A DNA stretch of 64,000 nucleotides from Chrysomallon squamiferum (lineage: Eukaryota; Animalia; Mollusca), in the NCBI GenBank assembly GCA_012295275.1, contig CM022672.1, forward strand, positions 28,582,001-28,646,000. The letters run 5' to 3'. Shown here one piece after another: positions 36,865 to 51,800 of the stretch; the stretch's first letter is position 1, and each line of letters opens with the position of its first letter. The translations under genes and the position numbers were made by a program. The notes under the pieces were generated by a model. The model did no database searches. It had not been told where the DNA came from and saw only the letters and a program-made list of their open reading frames with translations.

Positions 36865-39800
36865 ATGCAGGTAAGACTTTTATTCAGTGGAGTTAGTTAT
36901 AAATTGAGCCAATAAATAAATATTTCTAAAATACTTTTTTTGAATTTTAGTTACTGTTTACTATTTTAAAATGTTTTATTTTTATTTTCCAGAATGTATA
37001 GCAAATAACAAACAAATAAATAAATAAAATTTATTTCGGTCATAATTTTATAACCACCTATTTTATGACATTGTTCTTGTTATCCAAGAAGATAATTATG
37101 AAAAGAAAAGAAACATGTTTGTATGGATTCAAGTTTATAAAACTTCTTGCCTAATAAATGTTTCAATAAATCGGCAGTATTAAATTTAATAAGCATTATG
37201 ATAGTTAGATTAACAACAACTAAACAGTTTCACAATGATATATAAGCATTTGCAAATACCATATTAATTAATTAATTATTTATTTATTTAGTTATTTCAA
37301 TTATTGTTATTTGTTTTCCATTAACTTGTGTTTATTTCTCTTTTAATTTAATTTCGTAATTTAATTCATAAAGGCAATTTACATTTTTACATTTCACTTT
37401 TAATTTATTGTGTGTGCATACATATATAAGCTTCCTATTTGCACAGGCAGACAGACACCTATTCATACAGAGACAGACATGCATACATATTATTCAGATA
37501 TAGTATTTTAAAATTATTACATGAAATAGCTAGCTGCTAAAGAATTTACAAAGTTATTAACTTCATTATACACTTTGAATATTGATCTCTAGGCATGTGC
37601 CAAAACCTCACAAAATTAGTCGGAAATTGGCAAAGCACTGGAAATGCTGTTTTTTTATTTTCCCAGTAAATAATTGTTTAGATTTAATTTTTGTTTTGTT
37701 TTTTATAAATTATTTTCATTGTTGATAAATAATGTGTTTTTATTATTTTTATTGTTTTAAAAGTGATTTCTGTAAAGGTATGAAGAGTCATTTGCTCAGC
37801 TGCCTTAAAAACATATGAAAAATGGTACATTTGCATACTTTCTGTTTGGGTAATTTTTAGACTATTCCTGATAAACATCATCTTCCCATATATAGGCATC
37901 AATATGTTAACATCTGTGCTTTATATTTCTTATTAAGATTAGCACTGATTACTAGTAGGAGATAATGATTATATAGATAGAACAATAATCAGTACAACAA
38001 ATTTTAAGACCAAAATACATATGGGGGCCTGATTTATCCCAATTTGTGGGACAAATCAGGCACCTGACAAAATTGTTAATTTTTCCCATTTCAAAAGTAT
38101 TAGCAGTGTGCACGTAGCATTTGTCTTTTCTGAAGCAGAAATACTTGTACTGCTGACCCTTGATTTCATGGACCTAAGTTTTCCAGATTTTCCACTGTAA
38201 GTCAGACATGTTGCAGAGCATTGTTCTGATAAGTCATTGTATTGCGTAAAAGTAATTGAATTAATTGATTATACCAGGATTTTAGCATCAGACTATGATT
38301 AACATTTGTGTAGTTTGGGGATGAAGAAATCGTTCAACCAGTGGAGATTTATAAACTGACACCACTGTCATATCCCAAAGGTAATTAAACACCAAACAAG
38401 CCAAACCAAGAAAATTTGGAGTGACAGAACACAGTGGCTTTCAAGAATAAATTGAGCAAACTTTAACCCAGACTGAACCAAACATCATTTTAAAATGTGA
38501 TCAGTTCACATTTTAATCAATTTACTGATAATAAAGGGTTTTTCCATTTCTTTTTAATATTAATTTTTTTTTGTTTATGCTTTCATTGTTAAAATACATA
38601 TATAAATATATCTTAATCCCTCAGTAATTTGGTCTTAAATTTTATTACAGTCTCAATTAATAGACTGTCAGTACCAAAATTATTAACTATATTCCATTAA
38701 TTTAGAATAAGAATAAATGAATAAACTATCGATTATATCAGACTAATCCAGACAGGGCAACTTTGCTTAGAATGGGACCAACACTCGATGAGTCTGATCA
38801 GAAATATTATAAAAATGGTGTGTGTGTGTGTGTGTTTGAGAGTAATTAAATCAGATATCTGTGCAGAAAATATGTTGCATTATAATCAGTACTCAGAGAT
38901 ACTATATATAAAAGTAGCTGATCCTGTGAAAAGAATGAAAAGTTGAAATGTTAAGTACAGTTTCCACAAAACAAGGACCTGAAAGAAAAATTAAAAAGTA
39001 GTCTATTTAATCCAGACACCCTCAGATCTTTGTTTTACGGTTGTTATGGCTTTGTTTATTTCTGCATATATTTCTGAGACCTCAAAAATAATTTTAATCA
39101 AATTTTAAAAACTTGTGTTAGTGTTAATAAAACTTAGGCTGAACCTAAGCCAACAGGACCTGATCATACATTTAAAATTTCTACAAATTATGTGTTCTAG
39201 ATATTTCATGATGCCATACAAATAATGTTTTTATGAAGATGAAATGTTTAATATTGTGGCCAAACCAAGAACTACAGTTAATAATGCCTGTGGAATTTCA
39301 TAGATATTTTGGATTCAAAATGTCTGTTATCAGCTGATTTAAGATATCTATAGAGAGACCATCTAACTTAATAGAGTTGACACTTAGACAAATGACAAAC
39401 ATTATAATACTGTTCAGTATTTAGTTGGTATTACACGTCAGGCTGCAGTTTCATTTTTACCAAACTCTGGTGTGGTAGAGTAGCAGACAAACATGTTGCC
39501 TATTGTTAAACCTTTTACCAGGTGTCATTGTGCTGTCAGACTGTGTTTTGATATAAAAATGCTCGTGACAATCTGTGCCACAATATAATCCATGCAGTTT
39601 CCAGAAATCACACAACCATCAAACTGTTGTCATTTATTCTCTGCGAATGGTTCACTTTCCCACTAAAAACACTCCTGTTGTTCACAACTGTGTGTTTAGT
39701 ATCCAAAACAAAACCACTCATAAAATAGCTGTATCTTGTAGGTACTTTATATACTTTCAGCTTGGCTAATATATAGGCACTCAACATGTAAGCTAAATAA

Positions 39801-42800
39801 TTAATGATGACTGCATACATCACTGTTGGCCATGTTGAAATATCTTCTATTATACTTCAGTGTTATGAGTTGTTTTCAGAACAGAATATATACACCACCA
39901 ATTTTTTTTTTTTTACAACTAAAATTCTTTGAATAAGTTTATAAGAAACATTAATTAAATGATTGTAATAACTGATTTACCAATATGGTGTTTAACTCAA
40001 TAAAAAACTGAGGCTGAATTCATTTGACATCATTTTGTGATACAAAATTCATCAGTTGGTCAGTGGTAGCATTTGTTATATTGGATAGGCCTGCTGCATC
40101 TTTGAGCATTATGTTTAGTTTAAAATAACATTCAAACTGAACAAGCTTTTAAATGATACCAGTTGTTGGGGTATATTTATTGCAATATATCGTAATTTGA
40201 AGCAGATTTTTCAAGAAATGTTTTTTTTTTTTTTTTAAATTCTGTTTTGCTGCATAATCATAAAAATCTCATTTTATTAGCTTTCCAGTTTTATTTCCAT
40301 GCAATTCATGATGTTAAAGGTTGCTTGCACATTTTTTACAGTGATTGGTGGAACTGCAACTGCCTTCTGCTATCTAATGTCTAATAAAGCTTGGTTGCTA
40401 TGTCTGTAAAGCATCAAAATAAAAGGATTTAACGAAGATAGCAAAACAAAATCTGTACATTACAGTATTAGGATTATTGCACATGGTTTAAAAATACTTC
40501 AACAGTTAATGTGTTAAACAGATATAAATTTTACTTTTGAAAGAAGAAACTTTCCATTCCATGCGCTATTGTACTGAATTTCAAATTGGGTTGATTTCAA
40601 TGTTTCAGTTTAAAATCTGCTTCTCCATAACTGATATTCAAATGCACTGAAATTTCAGATTTAAATAGTTGAAATGCATGTACATGTTTATAACAGAAAG
40701 TTTTATTGTTTTTCTAAATCATTTTATTTGTTTGCTATTGTTGTGATTGTTTGTTATTATTATTATTATTTTTTTATATAAGCTGTTTATAAGCTGTAAT
40801 TTTTAACACAGCTAATATGCAAATTTTAATGTCATACATTTTACTGTTTTTACTGTTCCTTTGTATTATTTGAGTAAAATTTTATATATCTTAATGTTTA
40901 AACTGCAGTTACTTATATTATACCATTAAGGTTTGGAATAAAGAGGACCCTTGATTTCACAGACTCAGAGGGGTGAACACAGGTCCAGAAAATGCCAATG
41001 TTACGGGAAAATTGCAAATGTAAATATTAAAGTTACAGAAACATTAAACTTTAGTATACATAACAGCTATATTACAGTACAAGAACAATATAATACATAA
41101 TATATAAAATATAAGAACAAGATTCAAGCATAAAATAATGTAACTAAATGTCATACCACCATTTTAAAGAAAAAATGTACCATAGAAAAACATAGGTAGG
41201 TGATGATTACAGGTGCAGTTATAAAATTTACTCTTGGATTGATGCAAAGTGGATTCAGTGATTGTTGACATGATCTTCTAGTGGGACTCAGAATAACTTG
41301 ATAGTACCTAGACGAAGGTTTGAAGTGTGAAATGCTGTAAGTTCAAAGATTAATTCACAGAGTCCTCTTTACTCTTGTGATAAATGTCATCAGACCATTA
41401 CAATCTCTTTATGCTTCTTTTTAAGTAAAATGATACCTGAGTATCATCACTTCTGGTCCTGTATACATTAATATACATTAATCACTCATAGAACTGATAG
41501 CAATAGTAACTGAAAACTTTATCAATTAATGCAAATCTACCAATTTGTTCACATGACAGGTAGCACACCAGTTGGTGGTAAATGGCGATAATGTCAAGCA
41601 AGGTCTTCAAGCAGTGACGAAATCATAGTTCCTCTAACAAATTTGAGTGGAGCTGACAAATGTGGGGTTATATGTAATTGTAGTTTATTGATTAGGCTGC
41701 AGGTCTTTTCTTCATGAGGAGGAATTCAGTATAAATCTTTGTGAAACTGGCTTTTGTGATTTCTTCTGAAGAGTATATTTGAATATACTCTTTAAAGATA
41801 AAGATGAACTTCGTTTATTCATTTGCCAGTTGAATGAAGTCTCTGCTTATGATACACTTGTTGCATTTTGTAATAAACTATTTCTTACTTGTCAGCTGAG
41901 AACTTACTTAAAATCCACTCACTAACAAACACGTAAAATCAGTATTAATAATTGATGAAGTTTAACTGCGTGGTCCATGTTTGTTTAATTTTGATTTATT
42001 TGGCCAGGTTAAAAATTTCCATTCTCTGTAAAAGATACAAACCATAGTTCAAATACAAAATATATAGAGAGTAGAACCACATTCTACAGAGACTGAGTAA
42101 ACATAATCTACACAGTTTGTTAATTACTCTAATGTGCAACAGAAATTCATATTAAAAAGAATAGCAATAACGTGTGTGTGTGTGTGTGAAGGTACAATAT
42201 CTGTCATATTTTCGTATTTTATAGATGTTTTACAAAAAGAAAGCTACAAAACTAATCATGTTTCTATTTTTATTCCAACAAAAGTTATGCCTGAAAACAT
42301 TCTAAAGTTTTTCAGTAAAAAATGCCCATTGAAAACTACCATTTTGAGAAAATCCTAATTCTGCAAGCTAATATCTTTCACAAATTTATACATAGAAGGA
42401 TGAAAATGCTCATATACTGTATAACTTTTTCCAGGTTCATCCCTTTTTTAGTTCAAAGTTAGTTTCTCATCAAAATTGGCTTTTAAGTCCAAAAATTAGA
42501 TAGCATTTTGGTGGTTTTCTCTCTATAAAATGCCTAATTATATTCCAGTTTTTATAATTCAAACAGTATTTTGTTTACAATGAAAATACCTGTGTAGAAA
42601 GATGTTACAATACATAATTCAACCACAAACATGATAGAATGACAGGGGGTGGGGTCTAATAGGGTCAGCTCACATGCAGGACAGGATACAGTTCACTTCA
42701 CCAACCCATTCTGACAGAGCAATATACTTATAAAGGTAAGTATATTTCAGTTTGTATTTATCAAGGGAATTATCGGTTTCTTGAGGATTATCCAGTTTCT

Positions 42801-45800
42801 GCTGTTAACATCTGATAAATTTCAACATACGCCAATTTATCAGATCCTCACCTATAAGTTTTTTCTGTTCGTTTTCTTCAGCTTGATTTTATTTTATTTT
42901 TTTGTTTTATTTTATTTTTTTAATGTTTAAAATCAGAAGAAAAGCTTTTATGAAAATGTGCAATTATTCACCAGAATCAATAAAAATGTAGGCCAAAAAC
43001 AAGCAAATGTTAAACTCATACTGATTAAAACATGCAATACAGTGATCACAATATGAATATATTTTAAGTGACTGTTGTTTTTCATATTATCAGAATAATT
43101 CCTGTAGACATTAGAAAGCGCATGAAATTACATTTTTCAGACATTTTACTTGGATATTTTTTCATGAAAAGGTCGAATATTTTCAGTTTAAAATTTATTT
43201 TTAATGTTCCAGAATAATTTTTTTTTTTTTTAATTGTCCATTTAACATACATAAAGGTAATATATGGATTATTAACATTTAATGTTGCCATGACAATTTA
43301 GTATTTTGCACTTACATTTGCTGCTTGGATTAATGGAAAGCTTAAAAGCCTTTACATAGTACTTATGAATCAAACAAACTAATTGCCCTCAGATATAGAT
43401 TATTAATTTTAATCTTTCCCATCAGCTGCAGAATCATTTATTTCATTTGTATATAATTTTATTACAATAGTATAGATGAAAATGTATTTTTTAAATTATA
43501 AGATAAATTCTGATTTGGCTTGTACAACAGAAGATGTATTTGGAATTAACTGAACCACTTATTATTATTATTATAGTTGTTGTTGTTGTTATCTTGGACA
43601 ATCTAGTTTCCTGGCCACTTTGGATATTAATCTAAAGTTTACCATGCACATCATCACAATGAATGTTTTTCAAGGTTTGGTTTTCAATATAGAAATGTTT
43701 TTTTTTTTTATTGTTATATTTGGTACTTAAGTCAATACTGTAATTCTAAGTTTCTCACCATGTTTTAAAAGATGTTACCAATGAAAGGTTAAAAAGGTTA
43801 AAAAATTACATGTCTGTGATTTGTTGATAAATAATCAGCATTTTAAATTTATCTGTCTGTGAGTTTGAGTGTTAAATCAGATATTAAAGGTTAATTTCAG
43901 GCTGAAGACATTTTCATTTATATTGATGTTAACTAAATATAAATAACTATGAAGTACAAATACTAAATTTGTTGCACATTCACATTATTATTTTTAAATG
44001 TATCCTGTACCCATAAAAAAATATCAGAACATTATATTAAAATGTTTTAAATACAATTATATCTAACAACATACTAGTTGAGTTATGCCAGAATATTAGA
44101 GGCAGCTAACTGACAGGATAGTGGATTTCTGATTTATGAACAGAGTTGTAAATGGCTTCTGCTGCTGTGGCTGGATTCTGCAATTACATGAGTCACTAGG
44201 GACTGGGTTGAGTTTTGTTGACAGTCAGTCACACTGCCAGTTCAATCAATAGAGAGCCAGACAACTTTATTTATGATCTTGATGGACTCCTGTTTATCAT
44301 CAGTGTTGGTCACTGACTGGTTAGGAAGGACACCCAGATAATAGTATTACTATACTGTACTGAATTAAACAGTTTGGTGTGGAGTACCTTTCCCATTATT
44401 TAAATTAAGATATTAGTTTTTTCAAATAAAATTGATTTAGGGAAAATAAATATAGTTTGTGTTAAATCACTGTCGATATTAGAATAAATTTATAGCAGCT
44501 TTTTATATGATTATTATTATTATTATTATTATTATTATTTTTTTATTATTATTATTATTATTTTAGTTTCTTCTGAGAATAAATCAACAGAATGACAGTT
44601 TACTTTATTAAATCTTGAATAAATATATAAATATTTAGGGTTGGGGAAGGTAGTACTATAAAGCCACATAAATTTTCATGATTAAAAAAATTTTAGAAAA
44701 ATGAATATCTGTGTACCCTGTCTGAATTGAGACTCTTTTTGACACTTTTTTCTGTTGCATAACTACATTCATTTTGATGGACTGAATTAAACTAATAAAT
44801 ATTTAATAATCATACTGATTAACTGGTGGAAAGATGAAAGGAACATACGATATTTTGACTAAATTTTAGATTTCTCTATAGTATTATTAACACAAAGCAT
44901 TTTACTGTTTGGGCCTAATTAAAGTTGTGTGAATCGATGTGGGAATACTAAAGCAGTGATTGGGACTGAAGCAATTACAGAATGATGCTAACGTAATCAG
45001 TGGATTGAAGAGCTTACATGAACTTATTAGGTTCTTAGTATCTTGCTTTTAAAAACAATCGATTAGCAGCCAGCCATTTATTAAGCACTGACTTGCGAGG
45101 ATATACATTTTTTTTTTTTTTTAGATGTAGGTTAATTATCTCTGTGCACTTCAGGTGCAGTAAAATAATGTTTAAAAATCAGTAAATACAGGTAAACTGA
45201 TAGTTATTTTTGAAACAATTTTTTGTGTGTATTTAATCTAAGTGAGATTTAGTGGACATTTTATAATTGGGAAGAGATCAAATATTAACATAACTGCTTT
45301 AAACTATTACATTTCATGAGAAAAATAATTAAAATGATATATTAGATCTCTCAACTAAATTTTTGTTTTAATATTTTGCACTGATTAGATAAACTGTCAT
45401 ACTAGAGAGCACATTTTAGGTAGTTCCCAGTTGAAGCGATTAAAAATTTAAAGGTTTGATGTACAGTTTCATTCTGAAAAACAATTTTTTTTTATTTTGA
45501 AATATCACAATCATTTCCAATTGTTATATATTTAATATTCAAGAATCATATGTCTCCTGTGTTTTTACTGAATATTAAGTTATTTCTATAATGTAGCTAT
45601 CTAAAATATTTACAGTGGGGTTTTTCTTTCTAATTTTTTCTAATTTTATCTATCTTTTTAATTTGGAATTCTATTATATATTAATATCTAACAGATAAAT
45701 TTTAGAAGTTACTTGGATTTATTGTCAATAAATTTTTTACAATCAATACATTTTTGCTTGTATATAAATGACTCCTTGAAATGTGATAACATTTCTCTAA

Positions 45801-48800
45801 AAGTGTATTTCAGTCACTATTATTTTACTGTTGGACATTTATTAAGTTATTTTCAGATGCAAAGCAAGTGCTTCTTGTAAAATATGATTTAAGAGGCTAT
45901 TATCTGTATAGAGAAGAAAGTTATTGATCCACGATTGGAATCAGAATTTTTTTTTTTAATTATTATTTCTCTGTTTTCAGCATGGGGAGTGCTCATGTAT
46001 GGAGTTAGCGTTGGAAGGCGAAAGACTGTGCAAAGCTGGTGACTGCAGAACTGGTGTTCAGTTCTTTGAAACTGCTGTCCAAGTGGGAACCGATGACCTA
46101 AGGACTCTGAGCGCCATCTACAGTCAGCTTGGCAATGCATACTTCTATCTTCAAGAATATTCAAAAGCATTGGAATACCACAAGCACGATCTGAATCTTG
46201 CAAGGTTAGTAGTGTGGGTTGGTGTTATGTGTTTCTTTAACAACAGCTGGAAGCAAATTACAGGCTTGTTGTTAATAATGAAGTGTATTTGTCGTCAGGA
46301 CATGGACATTTTGTGCATTTGTCATTTCCAGCAGGAATAGATGGCTCATTTACATGAAGCTGAGAAAATGAGATGGAATAATACATATATCTGATTTAGT
46401 TTCTGCATCTGGAAGTCTGCATGGGTTAATCGACATACACAATATGGATTATGACGACAGTGTGCGTGACTGTGACTACTGTACAAGGTGTGTATCATTA
46501 ATGTCAGCATTAGACAGGCAGCAAGTTTTGCAGTGCAGCTTTTATGCAAGATTTAACCTGATAATCATTAAAATGTTCCACAAAAAAGTCATTTTTCAGT
46601 TGTAATTTAAGATTTCTTTATTTGTGTAATAGATGTGAAAATGGTATAATTTTTAAATTACCTTAGTTTTAATTAAATGATTTAATTCTATTTATATTCA
46701 TGCACACTATCTTGAAACTGTATATGTATATAATTATTTTATTTCTGAGATTATATGTCTCTTTTCGTGCTGTTATAGAGTATGTCTGTGTGTTTATGTT
46801 TAAATATACATGTAGGTATGTATTTTAAATTTAATGCATTAATACAATTTATTTTTGATTCTTTGGTGTCTAAAATTTACTTTGAAGTTACATATTCTTG
46901 TTATATAATTATTATAATTCTGAGATTATATGTATTTTTTTCATGTGTTCGTCTGTGTGTGTGTATGTACAAGCTTAATTGGCTACTGTTTTCTTATTTG
47001 TGATTAGACTTTTCTGTCTACTGTAATGACTACGTCTGGTCAGAAATAGATTAAGAGCTACACATGACATAATAAGATATCATCTAACCAAACTCTTTCC
47101 ATTATAGAATTAACATAAAATATGTGGTAGCTGATTAACAAAGACATTAGATGGCATGGTTGATGTGATGCACACAAACCATGGTGGGCACCACTGAAGC
47201 TTGTATAATCTGCAGTCTGATAATACTATTGTACTTACAATTAATCCATGAGGAGATGTCTCAAAATGTGTTTTATTTTCTTTTTAAATAGAATTTAATA
47301 CAACAGCTTGATTTCCAAAAAGAAAAAGAAGTATAAACTGCTCTGTTACATTAAATTTAATTTTTCAGACAATGATTGCATAATTTAAATTTTTTTATTT
47401 TTAACCTGATCATTTTTTCAAAGTGGCAGTTTATAAAGCACGCACACACACACACACACACACACATAAATAATAAGAAACTAATAATGAAAAGCTTTTT
47501 TTTTTTTTTTTTTTTTTTTAAGAACAAAAATACTTCCAATGAGTTAATTTAATTTTTATAATGGTATTTCCTGAAGAAATCATTTCCCAAATACCTTGAC
47601 TAGAATTCCTTTCCTCTTTAAAATCACTGTTTTAAAAATATGTAAGAGACTTGTTTCTCAGACAGTGCAGATAATGGCAGTACTAAAATGATATGTAATT
47701 ATTCTATTTTAATAATGTTTTTCTGGTTGTAAAAGAAAAGCTAAAGAAAAGAACAAAATGCATAATGCACAGTATGCAATGTATATAAACTGTTTAAAAC
47801 ACATAATAAATTTCTGTTAATATTTTATATCTGAACAGAAATAGAGAAAGAAAAAAAAAATATTTTGATTATATTCTTGTAAATTAATTTTATATCTTTG
47901 TAGATGTCTCTAGTAAGTGTTTTGTTTGGTTAAATGCAGTCTAATTTGAACTAGTAAGGAATGGAAAAGGCAGTTTTCAGAGTTGTATTGTTTTAATTTC
48001 ACTAGTCCCAATGAAAAAAACCTAATACACCATTAGTTTTTGGGTTTTAAATGTTTAATAAACACTTTGACCTCATTCTTACACAGACTTCATTGATTTA
48101 TATTACCAATGATGTATATGAGATAATTGTAAAATAATATTTTAAGACAATCATAACTGAAAAGCACCTTCTCTATTAAAAAACCAGAATTTGGGACCAG
48201 CTTGCTTAACTGAGATCAGATTATGTTGTCATCTAATAAGTTGAATGATGTCTGAATCAGAATACCTAAGAATAAATCTATATTTAATTATTTGCATGGA
48301 TGGTTATTGGTTATTACATACCTACTCTTATTTGTTGTTCTACTTTTTATATCTCATTTTAGTGTTCCTCTGAAGGTTGCGTTAGCAGTATTGGTTAGCA
48401 TGCATACATATTTTTCTTCTACATATATGTCATTGGTTCATTGTTAACTGTTATCAAAGGACTGCTGTAATGGCTTAGGCAAAGCTTAATTTTGTCTGAA
48501 CCCATGTAATTAAGGATAATATTGAGCACTTTTGAAGTAGACCTTTCTAACAGATCTTTGTTGTAGGTAAGTGAAGTTTTCAACTAAATTAAAAAACTTG
48601 TTTTTAAATTATGCTTAATTGCAGTTGTCAAAAATATTAATATTAAAATGAGAGAAAGAAAAAAGCCATTTTGTTTTCAGCAGTATAACAGTTAATTTTC
48701 AGTATAATTCAGGGTTTTTTTTGTTGGCTCAGTCATCTTTTTCAATTTTTAAAACATTTTATTTTAATTTTTGTTTTAATTTTTTTTTTTTTTTTTTTCA

Positions 48801-51800
48801 CTTATTATAATTTAATTTTTAGACAAAAAACAAAAAGTATTTTCTGTATTTAATTTAAACTTATCTTCATCATAATAGGCAAAGATTATGGGCAAACTGC
48901 TGGTTTGAGATTTTGTAATTGGTATGTTTGACCCTCCACTGACAGTCATATTGATTAGTCTTAAATGGAAGGACTTTGTAGAATTCTGCTGATGACAGGT
49001 AATATTCACCAACAGGTCTGAATTTCCAGCCTTAGATGATAAAAACTGGATATTCCATTTGAAATATTAGTTACCCTACTGCAAAGAAGGATGCTTACAG
49101 TTGTTGAATGATTTTTTTCGTCTCAGTTAATCATTACAGCATTACCTTGATCATCACAGATCATGATCATCACAGATTTCATTTATCTATATGATGCTAA
49201 TTTGTGGTTTAGTCATTAGCTTATATTATGAAAATGAGAAAGAAAAAATCCAATAATAATTATCCTTTCAAAAATGAAGTTTTTAAATACAATGGTGCCT
49301 TGACTTACAAATTTGATTCATTCCATGGCTGAGCTCATAATTCAATTCGCTCATATATCAAATCAATTTTTCCAGCTGACATTAACTGAAGTACCATTAA
49401 TCCATTCCAGCTGCCAAAACCACCCCATTTTTTATGTAATGAGTTTTTAAACAATAAAAATGTATTTGTAAATTATAAATATTGTATAACAAAACTAAAT
49501 AAAAGAGAATGTAAAAAAAAAAAAAAAAAAAATTGATATTGTAAAGAGTATTTATCTTGGAGATCCAACAAATTATTTTCGCAACTTTGGCTTTACTGAC
49601 TCCTGCTTCAGTATGGTACATATAGCATATGTTTGTACTGCCTAGCCAAGTCAACTACATGCATATCTCGCTCATGTTTTTCTGTGATTTCATGCTTTAA
49701 TTCAATGGATATCATCTGCTTCTTCTTCTCACACTGTCCTTTGCACTCACTCCATGGTAAGAAAAAAAAAAATTGAGCAAAATACTGCACAAATTGCAAA
49801 CACAACTCACAGGGAGGCTTCAGTGGCGAGGTAATCATGTGAAGTAAATATGTGAGACACGGGATGCTGGCCAGATGTTTTGTTGTTTGTTGCATCAACT
49901 GGTGGTGGTGTATTGGATTTTGGCTCGCAACTCAAAGCAAAACATTGACCAAGTGACTGCTCGTAACTTGGAAAACTCATAAGTTGGGGCACTTGTAAGT
50001 CAAGGTACCACTGTATATTCATAAACATAGTCAGTCAAGATAAAGTGAGGTGAATATAATTATGTACTCTTTAATTAATTCAATAGTCTGATTGTTAATT
50101 ATGATTAGAAATTAATTTACATTATTACTTTTGAATAGAATATTAACTTACTAATATAGTGTTACAGTATATTATTACAGAGATAATCTATTGCTACAAT
50201 ATTAACTTTACAACTGCTAGTTTTGTTTATATCCAGATATTAATAAATAAACACTCCCTTACAAACACAGACCCATATTCAGGTAATAATTTCATGGTTT
50301 AGTTTTGTAGACTAGTTTACCTGCATAAATTAAATTATGAATCATAGTGACTTTTTCTCATTTTATTATACATGAATATTTGTCCTGCTAAAAGAAAAAA
50401 TCATGTTTCCTGAAAATCTGTGAAATTTTAAATAAAAATAAAACTAATAATAATAATAATAATAATAACCTAAAATAATGTAAATTACTAGCAGTGTTGC
50501 TTTTCAGAATAAAAGGTTTGTATTAAAAACTGAATCATGGTTTTAAGCATGTTTTGTTTTCCCATGATTTCTGTTAAAAATGACTCCTCTTTTTCTTCTG
50601 GGATGTCTAGTTTAATTGTATACCAAGTCCCTGTATTCTGGGAAAGGCTGCAGCAGTCATTTGAATTTAGATTGAATATATGATCATATGTGAATATGTA
50701 TTATTGTGATTGGATATGAACCTGTGAGTGTCATTTGTTTGATCATTCTCACTGTCCAGGCTTGTCACTGACCATCAGAATAGCTTGCAGATCTTCTCGT
50801 AAACATGTCATACAAGTTAGCTCATTTCCTTCTTGTAACTGTGCATGTGAATATTTCCTGGTGAGCTGAAAGTTTAAAATTTGAATTAGTGTTATTGAAC
50901 TGGAATCTGCTATTGCCTGCAACAGTCAGCCTTGCTGTTGAAAAGGTTGATGATTTTATGTAGCTACTGTAATTTTATTTTTTATTTTTGTTAATGTTTG
51001 TGTGTATGTGAGCAAATAAAAAGAAAGAAACCATTTCTGTGGGATACTACAGTCCATTATTGTATTTATTGCCAGGATTGCATATAACTTAAAATCAAAT
51101 GTTTAATTTTATTTATCTTTTATTTTTGGATGTGTATTTGTGTGAATGTGAAATAAGAATTCAGGTGTGTGCTCATTTCATTTGTAATATATAAACAAGT
51201 TAGAAGGTTATAAAATATTTTCATACAAACAAATATATTTATTTCTAATAAGTGAGAGAGAAACTATTGAACAAGAAATTATTTTGAAGTTGGAAATGAT
51301 AAATGTTAATAACAGCTGTTGAATTCTTTCAGCTGCTTTTAGGAAGACAGCTGCTGGTTACTCTATTATGAACAGAAAATTACTTTTTGAGTTTATAAAT
51401 GAAGAGGAATAAAATTGTTTTTTAAAATATATAAAATTTTAACAGCAGGAGGTGCACAAAAAAAATACTTAAATATTTTCCTTGAGTAAACTGGTGAGAA
51501 ATGTTTATTAATTATTTACATTGAATTTTCAGTATTTCCTTTTCTTTCAGTGTTTTAACAAAAGATTATAAAAAGGTCTGTACTTTCTACAAATTCCCTT
51601 CAGGCTATTTTAATTTTATTTTTGTTACACAGATGTTCCAGTACAAGAACATCTTGACTCAAGGCTCAAACCTAGGTTATCTGTTTGACTGCTAATTGAT
51701 TTTTATTGGTAAAAGAACAGATTTGTAATAAACTGAAAGTAAATATGTCTGGTCAGGAAGAGTGTATATTATTTAGTAGCAGATGTTATGTATTAAGTCC

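Noticed and set aside
41200-41900. Possible LINE reverse-transcriptase remnant (DDTQV on the minus strand)
   Set aside because: The context is RSDDTQV, not Y/FADD, and no other RT motifs were found; the frames I read have many stops.
45889-46203. 104-aa minus-strand ORF
   Set aside because: Antisense shadow of the GPSM coding exon.
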